Virus record (IMG/VR): IMGVR_UViG_3300005731_000127
Span: 1-64,000 of that record
Source: a virus
Reading direction: 5' to 3' (one strand)
DNA length: 64,000 bases
Part shown: positions 10,619 through 19,907 of the stretch, piece by piece
How positions within the stretch are numbered: the stretch's first letter is position 1
Layout: every line of letters starts with the position of its first letter
The notes under the pieces: model-generated
Seen by the model: only the letters and a program-made list of their open reading frames with translations
What the model was told of the DNA's origin: nothing
Database searches by the model: none
Translations under genes and position numbers: made by a program

Positions 10619-10942
10619 TTATACTCCAATTTCTGAATACATCAATGTAAAATCTGGAAATTTTTCAATCAAAAACACGACTCTATCTTTATAAAATGAA
10701 ACACCGATTAATTTTCTAGTTAAGTTCGGTCTCGCTATTACCCTTTTTCCTATTTTGACTTCATGAGTATAATTCACAAAAGGCAGTCCGTTCTTTTCAT
10801 CAAAAATTAACGACAAATCCGACTCTCCAGCCCTGATGAGCATTTGAGTCGGATTCATTATTTTGATATTTATGTTATTATATGTATATCCATTATTTGT
10901 AAAAATTTGTCTAAATAAATCAAACTGCTTGCTAAGGTCCAT
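10619..10942 (-). CDS. hypothetical protein
   Basis: ORF in operon. Confidence 0.55.
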   Translation of the reverse strand: MDLSKQFDLFRQIFTNNGYTYNNINIKIMNPTQMLIRAGESDLSLIFDEKNGLPFVNYTHEVKIGKRVIARPNLTRKLIGVSFYKDRVVFLIEKFPDFTLMYSEIGV

Positions 10943-11525
10943 TTGATATCTCCAGTATTTTATTTAACAAAAAATCCGCACTTTGATACCCTTTAGCAAA
11001 CGAGCGAATCTTTCTTTCTTTTGTATCACATATCATGAATGATGGCAAAGAAGTTATTTTGTATTGACTAATAATATTTGGATTTGCGTCAGAATCTATT
11101 TCTGTAATACCAACCCCAGCGTTATTAAGTTTTGCTTCTTCGTTATTTTTCCATGTTTGGCATGGAGCACACCATGACGCAGTAAATTTAATAACATAAT
11201 ACTGCTTATATATCTCGTCTAATAAAGGGTCTTTTTTTTTAAAATCACCCATTGAGCCGGTTCCATCCTTCGGAGTACATTTACAATCATCTCCACATGG
11301 GCATTTTGTTAGATTTCCGTTGTCACCAACGTACTTTGTGCCACCACATGTACATTCAGAGACAACTTCAGGACTAACCTCTGTTGAATTAACAATATAC
11401 GCGACATAACCTTCTGCCGCAAGAAGATCGGTTGTTCTAATTACCGTATCAGATTTAGATTCTGGAATCTGAACAAATAAAAGAAAAACGATAACCAAGA
11501 AGAATAAAGAATAATATTTTTTCAT
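10932..11525 (-). CDS. exported thioredoxin-domain protein with Cys-rich linker
   Basis: N-terminal hydrophobic signal; CTC..CPC..CKC; FTASWCAPC. Confidence 0.85.
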   Translation of the reverse strand: MKKYYSLFFLVIVFLLFVQIPESKSDTVIRTTDLLAAEGYVAYIVNSTEVSPEVVSECTCGGTKYVGDNGNLTKCPCGDDCKCTPKDGTGSMGDFKKKDPLLDEIYKQYYVIKFTASWCAPCQTWKNNEEAKLNNAGVGITEIDSDANPNIISQYKITSLPSFMICDTKERKIRSFAKGYQSADFLLNKILEISNGP

Positions 11526-12433
11526 TAGAACCACCCCAATTTAAGTTTTTGAGGCTTGAACCCCTCATATCCACTGATTGCCCAACAGTCTCCACTTCGA
11601 AGCACACGTCTTTCTATTTCATCAGCATCAACCCAAAAAGAACCTACAGGTTGATTATGTCTTGTTGGTCCGGCGTTCCACGCCCCCCACGAATTTTGAA
11701 CTAAAACGCCCGGACGACGATATTCATCATCAACGCCCAATATACACATTTGATGCGCCCAACTTCCTTCTGGACGAGCAAACCCCTCAGAGTCTCGTCT
11801 TGACGAGAACCCCTGATTACTAGCTATTGTTACCGCGTATCCGTTATTAACTAAGTCTCTAACTTCTGCATAAGAACGAACCTGCGATGCTGTTAGTATT
11901 GGGTGCTGCTTAGCTTTGTCTATAAAGCTTTGCGGTAGCATAAAACCGCGACGACCCCAACTTCTCGCCTTTGCTCCGGAATAAGTAGTTAGATCAACTT
12001 CTCCGTATTTACCTCTTGGAACCGCCCCGTAATCAATTAGGTACTTAGCCATCCAAGCTCCGATTGAACCGTCAGAATTACCTAACCTGCCTTTACCGAT
12101 GATGTTACGACTACCCCAATAGAGGTCTTCTGTAGCCGTTTCAGCAACCCATTCTTCAAAATCTTTATTTAGGTAAATATCAACAGATTTTGCTGCATCG
12201 ACAGCGTATGCCGCTCCTTGACTAACACAATCTCCGACAGTTTGATGTCTATTAGGAAACAAGCCACTGTTTACCTTACGAATTATTTCATAAAGTAATG
12301 TAACTTTTCCTTTGCCAGTATTTTTTATTGGAGTCCATACGTCAGAAAAAACGGGAAATGGAAGTTTATTCATTACGTCTTCCACGCCCCGCTTATCGTC
12401 TACCCATCCTTGTAGATGTGAGTAATCAGCCAT
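11525..12433 (-). CDS. papain-like (C1) cysteine peptidase
   Basis: QTVGDCVS catalytic Cys, HQM His, QNSWG Asn. Confidence 0.85.
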   Translation of the reverse strand: MADYSHLQGWVDDKRGVEDVMNKLPFPVFSDVWTPIKNTGKGKVTLLYEIIRKVNSGLFPNRHQTVGDCVSQGAAYAVDAAKSVDIYLNKDFEEWVAETATEDLYWGSRNIIGKGRLGNSDGSIGAWMAKYLIDYGAVPRGKYGEVDLTTYSGAKARSWGRRGFMLPQSFIDKAKQHPILTASQVRSYAEVRDLVNNGYAVTIASNQGFSSRRDSEGFARPEGSWAHQMCILGVDDEYRRPGVLVQNSWGAWNAGPTRHNQPVGSFWVDADEIERRVLRSGDCWAISGYEGFKPQKLKLGWF

Positions 12434-12434
12434 G

Positions 12435-12872
12435 CTATTCCTTTACTTTAATCGCGTTTTTTAAATCCACGAAGATATTACGAAACCAGACACGATTATC
12501 TTCTTCTTTTAATGACCTTGGAACATCAACGCCTTGGCTGATTAGATACTTATCAACAGCCGAATCAAATGCTGGATATTTATCTTGCTGCCACCCAAAA
12601 TCTGATTGAACACGATTAAGTAACGGACCCCATTCCGAGGTCGAATTTAGATTCTTTGCGTGATCTAAAAACTCAACCGCTCCAGCAATTTGCTTATAGA
12701 TATTATCTTGATCATCTTCTGACATTTTATTAAACTCAGTTCTTATGTCAGCGAGATCATTAGTAAGAACAAAATTTTCTGAAGGAATAGAAGCTTCTTC
12801 ATATACGGATTTAGGTTCTGGTCTTTCACAGCCAAAAATCACTAAACATAATAATAGTATATACTTATTCAC
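12435..12872 (-). CDS. lipoprotein
   Basis: Signal peptide with lipobox IFGC. Confidence 0.7.
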   Translation of the reverse strand: MNKYILLLCLVIFGCERPEPKSVYEEASIPSENFVLTNDLADIRTEFNKMSEDDQDNIYKQIAGAVEFLDHAKNLNSTSEWGPLLNRVQSDFGWQQDKYPAFDSAVDKYLISQGVDVPRSLKEEDNRVWFRNIFVDLKNAIKVKE

Positions 12873-13227
12873 TTTTAATCTCCGCTTTGTACTCTAAATC
12901 GCGACTAAACAAAATAGCATTTAATTGTTTTAACGTATCTAGACCCTCATTAGAGCCAAGAGTATTCATTCTCTTTTTTAGATAAGTTAAAGCTTCAAAG
13001 TCTTTTTGTTCTAACTGAGATGGCGTGAGTTTCTCTTTACTTGTTCTTTTTAAAAAGCCAATCATGGGAAAAAATTCATATCCTAAAACTCCAAGTCCGG
13101 AAAGACCGGATACTGATACTTTTACCCAGAATAACCAATCGGCTACAAAATCCGGATTAAGATACCAATATCCGTACAATCCTGCTGAAATCAACAATAG
13201 AACTAATCCTATTATTTTATTAAGCAT
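12865..13227 (-). CDS. membrane protein (2 TM)
   Basis: Two N-terminal hydrophobic segments. Confidence 0.65.
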   Translation of the reverse strand: MLNKIIGLVLLLISAGLYGYWYLNPDFVADWLFWVKVSVSGLSGLGVLGYEFFPMIGFLKRTSKEKLTPSQLEQKDFEALTYLKKRMNTLGSNEGLDTLKQLNAILFSRDLEYKAEIKSE

Positions 13228-13432
13228 TTGTATTATCCTTTGCCCACTTCATAACGGCGTTTATTACTGGAATAGCTACCGCTATGATCATTGGTCCGTA
13301 TACGCCCATATCTAGCGTATGAATGTTTGTTGTTACATACGACAGACCAGCGACAAGAGCTACAAGCCCTGCGTTTTTACCAATGTCTGCCAAATCTGTT
13401 TTGTTTAATTCTTTACTCTTTGAAGTTGCCAT
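13220..13432 (-). CDS. small 2-TM holin-like protein
   Basis: 70 aa, two hydrophobic helices, charged ends. Confidence 0.5.
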   Translation of the reverse strand: MATSKSKELNKTDLADIGKNAGLVALVAGLSYVTTNIHTLDMGVYGPMIIAVAIPVINAVMKWAKDNTNA

Positions 13433-13967
13433 TATTGGCTCCTTTATCTAATTTGTCTATTGAAAGATGGTACTTTAGAATATCGTAAGACTTAGTAGCT
13501 AAAGTAGAATTTTTCTTTATTTCTGCTGAGTTATTCGATATTGCAGACTCAAGCTTATCTCGCTCGTATTTAAAATCATCTTTTGTAAATCTATTATTTC
13601 CAGTTTCAACAAAAAGCAAATGATCTTTTATACTCTTGTCATTTTGTGCGGATATTTCTTTTGCGTGATTTGCTCTTAATTCAGACACATTCGCGTTTGA
13701 TTGCATTATCACCCAAGTTAAAGAAGCACCCATACTTACCAAAAGAACAATAAAACCACACAAGCTTAATAATAGGCTGTAGTTAGGTTTTTTAGCTTCT
13801 TGGTTAGAAGTCACAATAATATCAAGCTTATTATTAAATTTGTCAAGCGATCCTTCAATTGACGAAAATCTCTGATCTGTACTTTTTGCAAATGTTAAAA
13901 ATTCATCCCTATGAACAACATTTTCGTAACCTAAAACTGATTTTGATTTTGATGTTGGTTCAGTCAT
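13413..13967 (-). CDS. coiled-coil membrane protein
   Basis: N-terminal coiled coil, one TM segment. Confidence 0.6.
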   Translation of the reverse strand: MTEPTSKSKSVLGYENVVHRDEFLTFAKSTDQRFSSIEGSLDKFNNKLDIIVTSNQEAKKPNYSLLLSLCGFIVLLVSMGASLTWVIMQSNANVSELRANHAKEISAQNDKSIKDHLLFVETGNNRFTKDDFKYERDKLESAISNNSAEIKKNSTLATKSYDILKYHLSIDKLDKGANNGNFKE

Positions 13968-13981
13968 TGATCACCTCATTT

Positions 13982-14006
13982 AAAAACCCCCTAAATTAAT
14001 AGGGGG
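13982..14006 (-). terminator. intrinsic terminator
   Basis: CCCCCTA-TTAATT-TAGGGGG followed by a T-run, after the 14014-14634 gene. Confidence 0.7.
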
Positions 14007-14013
14007 AAGAATA

Positions 14014-14634
14014 TTAGCCAGTAATTGCTTTATATTCATCTTGAAGTGGGTCAATAGCCCCATACATGTAAACAAGTTCACCGGGAACTGTTCTGTATGT
14101 ATTAAAGATAGCATGATCATCCGCTTGAGTGGTATTATCTGTTGGTAGGTAATAAGCTCCAGTAGCAGAAGCTGGAGATGTACTCCAGTTGGTTCTTTGT
14201 CCAGAAATCCCAAGCGGATTCCAATATCCAGCAACCATAGCTGTAACTGTTTTTGCACCTTTTTGTTGCAATGCAATTGGTCTTCTAACAATACTATCTT
14301 CATTGCCATTATTAAAGATGGCGAGATTTGCAATATTGTTAATCTTAGTAGCAATACCACGAATCATGAATTGAGATTGATTGTAATTAAACGTTCCGCC
14401 AGAAATTACAGATTGAGCGTTATATGCATGACCAACACCTGTTGCAGAAACTACGCCATTTGGATCATTGATTTGCACAGAATTTTGCGTAAACGGAAAT
14501 GTCTGGGTCAAGGGGCTTCCGTCTGTAACGGTTGTCGCACTTGTGATACCAACAACAACTCCACCAACCTTTTCTGTAGGTGAGCTACTATTGCCAGTTG
14601 TACCATAAATTTTTGTATTAGGAAGTAAAGCCAT
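14014..14634 (-). CDS. Thr/Ser/Gly-rich putative virion protein
   Basis: Composition typical of structural proteins; GGAG SD, own promoter motif and terminator. Confidence 0.55.
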   Translation of the reverse strand: MALLPNTKIYGTTGNSSSPTEKVGGVVVGITSATTVTDGSPLTQTFPFTQNSVQINDPNGVVSATGVGHAYNAQSVISGGTFNYNQSQFMIRGIATKINNIANLAIFNNGNEDSIVRRPIALQQKGAKTVTAMVAGYWNPLGISGQRTNWSTSPASATGAYYLPTDNTTQADDHAIFNTYRTVPGELVYMYGAIDPLQDEYKAITG

Positions 14635-14694
14635 TTTTATTTCTCCAAATAACTTTTACTATTTTCCATTATTTTCCTTAAAGTATTGTCCATT

Positions 14695-14715
14695 CCTATA
14701 AATATATACGCCATT
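14695..14715 (-). promoter_or_regulatory. putative phage late-promoter motif AATGGCGTATATATTTAT
   Basis: Near-identical copy at 40865-40886; both are intergenic and upstream of minus-strand genes. Confidence 0.5.
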
Positions 14716-15301
14716 AAGTGTTATCTGACCTAATAAAACACCCATTAGGTATTTCTTTTAATTTTTTAATTTTTTCTTCAAACTCTTCTTTTGACATTTC
14801 ATCAGCTTTTACGATAGTTTTTCTTTCACCGTCATTACCCAAAAACATAGCCCAAGAACTATTTTTATAATTCAAATGATCAGGTTTTTTACATATTTTT
14901 TTATCAATGTCTATTCTTACGTTTTTGAATTCAAACATTTTAGCAACGCCAATAAAAAACCTATATTTTGACATAACTTTTATCTGTTCAATACCATCAA
15001 TTTCATTTTCTAGAACATTAATATCAGAATCCATAATTCTAAAATTAGTATGACCAATCCAGCAGTCATACATATTACTTGGAGATAACGGTTCGTTTAA
15101 TTCATATACGCCAAGCGGTGTGTTTATTTTTAGAGGCTGATGATTAAATTCAAAGAATTGCTCAAAATTACCTTCTATAAATTCTTCTTCGTTATTAAAC
15201 ATGTCCTTTTCAGAATTATCGTCTCCGTCTAAAATTATACTAGAATTATTCTCTTCTGGAAGAATATCTATCCATTTTTCCCAAGTTATTGACCGCTTCA
15301 T
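14714..15301 (-). CDS. hypothetical protein
   Basis: 195 aa ORF. Confidence 0.6.
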   Translation of the reverse strand: MKRSITWEKWIDILPEENNSSIILDGDDNSEKDMFNNEEEFIEGNFEQFFEFNHQPLKINTPLGVYELNEPLSPSNMYDCWIGHTNFRIMDSDINVLENEIDGIEQIKVMSKYRFFIGVAKMFEFKNVRIDIDKKICKKPDHLNYKNSSWAMFLGNDGERKTIVKADEMSKEEFEEKIKKLKEIPNGCFIRSDNT

Positions 15302-16389
15302 ATCAACTCCTTAATTTTTAATGCAGAATTATTCCATGTAAATTTTTTAACAGAATCTATAGCTTTAGTATTTTGCTCTAAGTCGTTATCTTTATTGAGT
15401 TTATGAATTTTTCTCATATATTCTATCATCTGTTCTTCTTCATCTTTTCTAATAGAATTCCATTGGTGTGCGCCGTTAAAGAACTTACCATCATAGGCCG
15501 ATTCTTTTGGGGAAACCATATCAACTAACATAGAATTTTCAGAATTACAAAATTCAGTATGACCTGTGCAATTTGTAATAATTAAATATTTACCGCAAGC
15601 CAACAACTCTAAAGCCTCTAAATTCCACCCTTCTGCTCTTGCTGGAAATATACCACAGTGTATATCTTTCATGATATTATACACCATTTTATGCGAACTC
15701 ACTCTATTCACAAACTTAATTTTACCACCAAGTGGTGTATTTATAAAGCTTTTTACCCATCTATTTGTTTCGTTTTGATCAAGAAAAAAATTATGAGGCA
15801 TCATAATTAGCTCAACGTCATCATCTTTTGTGAATGCTTTATTGAATATTTGCGGTAAAACATCATGACCTTTTCGTACTTCGAATTTACCAAAGTTAGC
15901 AAATCTAGTAGTACCGATTGGCATTGGTGCTGGTTTAAATATTTCAGGGTCGTACCCCAAAGGTACAACTTCAACATTATATTTGTTACGATTAGGTATA
16001 TTGTTTATTATAACTTCTTTAGCCCATTGAGAACAAACAAATAAATCATCAGGATGAGCTAAAGATATTTTTTCAATTTCAGAGAATGTCTCTAGTTCAA
16101 ATATCGGAAAACCTACATGCCTATTTCTATCATAATAATCACTGACGCCACCAGAAAATATACTCGCAAGATCATGCTGATGCCATATTTTGATGGATGG
16201 CGATTTAGGATCGAACCCAACAGTATTTTTAAACAAATCAACTTCGAACATATCGTCAGGCATACTATTAGATATACCTAGATGATATATGTCAACGCCG
16301 ATACGTTTTAGTTCACGCAATAGATAAGACGACACATATCCATATGATGTTGTGTTTATCGGGCTATGCAAATTAATCTGAGTCATCAT
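15298..16389 (-). CDS. GT4-family glycosyltransferase
   Basis: GKFEVRKGHD, RAEGWNLEALELLACG. Confidence 0.88.
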   Translation of the reverse strand: MMTQINLHSPINTTSYGYVSSYLLRELKRIGVDIYHLGISNSMPDDMFEVDLFKNTVGFDPKSPSIKIWHQHDLASIFSGGVSDYYDRNRHVGFPIFELETFSEIEKISLAHPDDLFVCSQWAKEVIINNIPNRNKYNVEVVPLGYDPEIFKPAPMPIGTTRFANFGKFEVRKGHDVLPQIFNKAFTKDDDVELIMMPHNFFLDQNETNRWVKSFINTPLGGKIKFVNRVSSHKMVYNIMKDIHCGIFPARAEGWNLEALELLACGKYLIITNCTGHTEFCNSENSMLVDMVSPKESAYDGKFFNGAHQWNSIRKDEEEQMIEYMRKIHKLNKDNDLEQNTKAIDSVKKFTWNNSALKIKELI

Positions 16390-16519
16390 TTTCCTGAACT
16401 AATTTTTCGATTTCCTTCTCAAGTTTTTTCGTGACTATCTTGAGTTTTTCTTTTTCAATTCTTTTATCTCTTTTTTGCTTCGCTTTTTTGCGGCGTCGTT
16501 GAGATTCTTTTTTACTCAT
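16373..16519 (-). CDS. small basic protein (48 aa, below ORF-track cutoff)
   Basis: Manual translation MSKKESQRRRKKAKQKRDKRIEKEKLKIVTKKLEKEIEKLVQENDDSD; overlaps both neighbours. Confidence 0.5.
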   Translation of the reverse strand: MSKKESQRRRKKAKQKRDKRIEKEKLKIVTKKLEKEIEKLVQENDDSD

Positions 16520-16868
16520 CATACCAAGTAGTCTCCACATCTTTATTTTGCGTTACTGGCTTTGCTATTTTTCTCACCCATGTTGTGATTATAGCAAATT
16601 TTATAAACGTTGTTCCGTCTTCTTTTTTGTAAGAGTCGTCGACTAATCTACCCTCAATAGATATTCTGTCTCCTTTTTGAATATCGTAATATCTGGCATC
16701 AGCAAGACCCTTTTTAAAGAATTTAACATCAAGATATAACGTCTCCTTGGTTTCTTTGTACCCGTTATCAACCGCTATTCTAGCGACTCCAAACGGGTTC
16801 CCCTTATCTATGATCTTCATATCTGTGACCATATTACCAAAAAACCTACATACGTTATTCTCAAACAT
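16512..16868 (-). CDS. ssb: single-stranded DNA-binding protein
   Basis: OB-fold pattern FFGNMVTD..RIAVD..KGDRISIEGRL..YKKEDG. Confidence 0.8.
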   Translation of the reverse strand: MFENNVCRFFGNMVTDMKIIDKGNPFGVARIAVDNGYKETKETLYLDVKFFKKGLADARYYDIQKGDRISIEGRLVDDSYKKEDGTTFIKFAIITTWVRKIAKPVTQNKDVETTWYDE

Positions 16869-17160
16869 CGCTACCCAATACGTTAAGCATTTGACCTCTG
16901 ATAATTTGAGCATGTCCTCGATTTGATGTAGACTGCATAGCTTTAACTAACGCATCACTAAGTCCTAGTTGTTCGCCAGCTTCTTCGATTGTATCGTAAC
17001 CTCTTTTTCTGAGGGTACGAGCAACAGCCTGAGCCGGTGTGTAAGATGTTCCTCTTGTCGAGCCATACTTGGCGATTCCAATAAGTTGATTATTTTTGTA
17101 AATCCACTTGTAAGAATCTTGAACTGAGTTAAGTGCTTGTACGAATTGTGTTTGTGTCAT
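16861..17160 (-). CDS. hypothetical protein
   Basis: Strong GGAGG SD; first gene of the leftward unit. Confidence 0.65.
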   Translation of the reverse strand: MTQTQFVQALNSVQDSYKWIYKNNQLIGIAKYGSTRGTSYTPAQAVARTLRKRGYDTIEEAGEQLGLSDALVKAMQSTSNRGHAQIIRGQMLNVLGSDV

Positions 17161-17552
17161 TGTAGACCTCCGTTAAAGTAATAAAAAATGTACTGTCGAA
17201 ATATTATATCCATCTTTTTACTCGGTTTTGACAAAAAAACGTTCGGTTTTACAAAAAAGGCAGATATTATCAAAATAGTCGGTTGCTGTTCATCCGGCTT
17301 ACATAGTCAATTATTCGACACTAAAAAACAGAGTCAGCTAGTCGTAGGCGAAATATATTAGGTAAAGAACCTCCAACGATAGTTAATCCCTTTTAGGTTG
17401 TGTGCAGGCACGTAATGATAGCTATCACGCTAGTTGATAAAAAAATTTTTTTGAACAAAGTGCATCCTTTCTGATCCTTTAAAACTAAAAACAAATAAAA
17501 GAAAAGGTATAATAAGTTTCTTAGTAACCTTTCTTTTTTAATTGGAGAAAAC

Positions 17553-18419
17553 ATGAACTTTCTTTTTATTAGTGACTATTCCCTACAGCATACAATTGGT
17601 GGAGCGCAACGTAGTAATGACATAATACTTCGGGAAGGAAAAAACCGTAATCACGATATTACTGTATTACATATTGATACTGACGAAGGTGATATACTAC
17701 AAAAGGACTATGATATAGTTATATCTTCTAACTTAGAAGCGTTCTATAGACATAAGCCTCATGTAATAAAGTACCTTCAAAGTTTGACAAACCATGTACG
17801 GCTAGAACACGACATGTGTAGGTATCTATCTACGGAAGATAGAACTTTGCTATATGGTAATTGTATCAAAAGTTTCTTCTTAACACAATACCACTATGAC
17901 CGTTTTAAGGAAGAATATGGAAATATCTTTAAAAATGTAGAAATAGTTCCGGACCCTATTGACACTTCTGTATTTTATGATAAAAACATGGAACGTATCG
18001 ACAGAGTTTTGTATGCGGGATTTTTACACCCACTAAAGGGTTCCGATCATTTTGCGAAGTTCGCAGAAGATCATCCGGAAATGGGGTTTGATATTATTGG
18101 ATGGGGCGACCCTAAATACAAGGCATTTTTTGATAAGTTAGAGAACGTAAATTATCTTGGCGGCGTTAGATATGAGGATATGCCGTTGGTCTTTAATTCC
18201 TATCTTTCTTTTTATTGTTGCCCTATTATCAGTGAGCCGTTTTGCAGAACTTTTGCAGAAGCACACTTATGTGGAATCAAAAATTTGTATTGTAATGATA
18301 TGATCGGAAGTCTGCACGACATAAAGACTTATGGAAATGAAGAGTTTAAATCACGGTGCGGAAAAGCACAAGAAACATTTTGGGAGAAAATAGAAAATGA
18401 AATCAATAAAATTAAATAA
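17553..18419 (+). CDS. GT4-like glycosyltransferase
   Basis: GGAQRS, YAGFLHPLKG, EPFCRTFAEAHLCG. Confidence 0.8.
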   Translation: MNFLFISDYSLQHTIGGAQRSNDIILREGKNRNHDITVLHIDTDEGDILQKDYDIVISSNLEAFYRHKPHVIKYLQSLTNHVRLEHDMCRYLSTEDRTLLYGNCIKSFFLTQYHYDRFKEEYGNIFKNVEIVPDPIDTSVFYDKNMERIDRVLYAGFLHPLKGSDHFAKFAEDHPEMGFDIIGWGDPKYKAFFDKLENVNYLGGVRYEDMPLVFNSYLSFYCCPIISEPFCRTFAEAHLCGIKNLYCNDMIGSLHDIKTYGNEEFKSRCGKAQETFWEKIENEINKIK

Positions 18420-19212
18420 TGGTATGGACTTTTATTATTATGACAGAGAAGACCCCGTAATAAATGCTCTAAAAAACGGTAATTTATTTGGTTTGCAAAA
18501 TTGGAACACGTTATCATCACTGGTTGATTTATTCGATAGAAGCGGATGTATTGTAGATGCAGGTGCTCATATTGGAACTTTTGCTGCCGCGTCTTTGTTT
18601 TGTGACGTGGAATTCGTCTTAATAGAAGCCGACGAAGAAAATATTGAATGTTTACAAAAAACATTTGGTAGCAGAAAAAATGTGGATATTGTTAACACTA
18701 TCATTCATAACAAGAATGGTCGAGCCGACTTTTCCGAAAGAAGAGGTCCATTCGGCTGGATAGTTGAGAACGAAGAAGGAAAGTATCAAACACTCACTCT
18801 TGATTTTATACTTAAAGACAGAGAAGTCGCTGCGATAAAATTAGACATCGAAGGGAATGAAATAGCTGCTATTGATGGATGCTCTGATACTCTTAAACAA
18901 AAACCTGTTATGATGGTAGAGGTTAATGGTTATTGTCTCATGCAGCAAAATAAAACATCAAATGATCTTTTGAGAAAATTGTATTCTATAGGGTATGATT
19001 GCTTTATTCAGCTTGGCGAATCTGTATTAAAGATCAACCCAAATGAATTCTTTCCGTTTTGTGTAATAGATGTTATCGCTATCCATAATAGTCAATCGAG
19101 TGTAATCGATTCAATTGACATGACAGGTGATATAGCTAATAATATTTACTCAAAAATTAAAGACCAAATGAATGGTGATTGTAAAAGTTATTTTGATTGG
19201 ATTGAGTCATAA
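18397..19212 (+). CDS. FkbM-family methyltransferase
   Basis: VDAGAHIGTF, IKLDIEGNE. Confidence 0.9.
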   Translation: MKSIKLNNGMDFYYYDREDPVINALKNGNLFGLQNWNTLSSLVDLFDRSGCIVDAGAHIGTFAAASLFCDVEFVLIEADEENIECLQKTFGSRKNVDIVNTIIHNKNGRADFSERRGPFGWIVENEEGKYQTLTLDFILKDREVAAIKLDIEGNEIAAIDGCSDTLKQKPVMMVEVNGYCLMQQNKTSNDLLRKLYSIGYDCFIQLGESVLKINPNEFFPFCVIDVIAIHNSQSSVIDSIDMTGDIANNIYSKIKDQMNGDCKSYFDWIES

Positions 19213-19907
19213 TGATTAGCCTACTTTGTCCAACAAGAAATAGAGTTGATATGTTGCGTAGGATGTGGACTTCCGCATGTGATACGGCTGATAATCCGGA
19301 TTCTCTAGAACTTGTTCTGTATGTCGATAAAGATGATACTGAAACGTTGACGCTTAATCCTATGCAGCATCGTGGATCAATTAAACATATCATGGAAGAC
19401 AAGAAAGAACTTTACGGAAACCTTCATAACATATGCGCTGCGAACGCAAGTTATGATATACTAATGGGTTGTGCCGATGATGTCATTTTTAGAACTAAAG
19501 GATGGGATACTAAAATACTTGCGGAATTTAACAAGATTCCCGATAAAATCGGGTATGTTTATCCGAACGACGGTCATCACGGAGAAAAACTTGGAACGCA
19601 TGGATTTTTTCATCGAAATTGGTTTGATGTTCTTGGTTATTTAGTTCCTCCTATATTTTCTGTTGATTACTCCGATAATTATGTTATGGATGTATCTAAA
19701 GGTATTGATAGAGCTATTTACTTAGGTGATGTTCTTGTAGAGCATATGCATTGGACATTCGGAAAATCCGAGTTCGATAAAACATCTCAAGAGGCTCATG
19801 TTCGCAGAGGCAGGGATGATAATGGTAAAGTGTACAGAGAATCACAAGAACAAATAAAAGAAGATATAAGGAAATTGAATGATTATACACTTACATATAT
19901 ACGATAA
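19212..19907 (+). CDS. GT2-like glycosyltransferase
   Basis: LLCPTRNR, ADDVIF, YSD..EHMHW. Confidence 0.8.
   Translation: MISLLCPTRNRVDMLRRMWTSACDTADNPDSLELVLYVDKDDTETLTLNPMQHRGSIKHIMEDKKELYGNLHNICAANASYDILMGCADDVIFRTKGWDTKILAEFNKIPDKIGYVYPNDGHHGEKLGTHGFFHRNWFDVLGYLVPPIFSVDYSDNYVMDVSKGIDRAIYLGDVLVEHMHWTFGKSEFDKTSQEAHVRRGRDDNGKVYRESQEQIKEDIRKLNDYTLTYIR

Noticed and set aside
17200-17515. Divergent sigma70 promoters in the strand-switch gap
   Set aside because: TATAAT boxes exist on both strands, but no -35 element at acceptable spacing; not listed as features.
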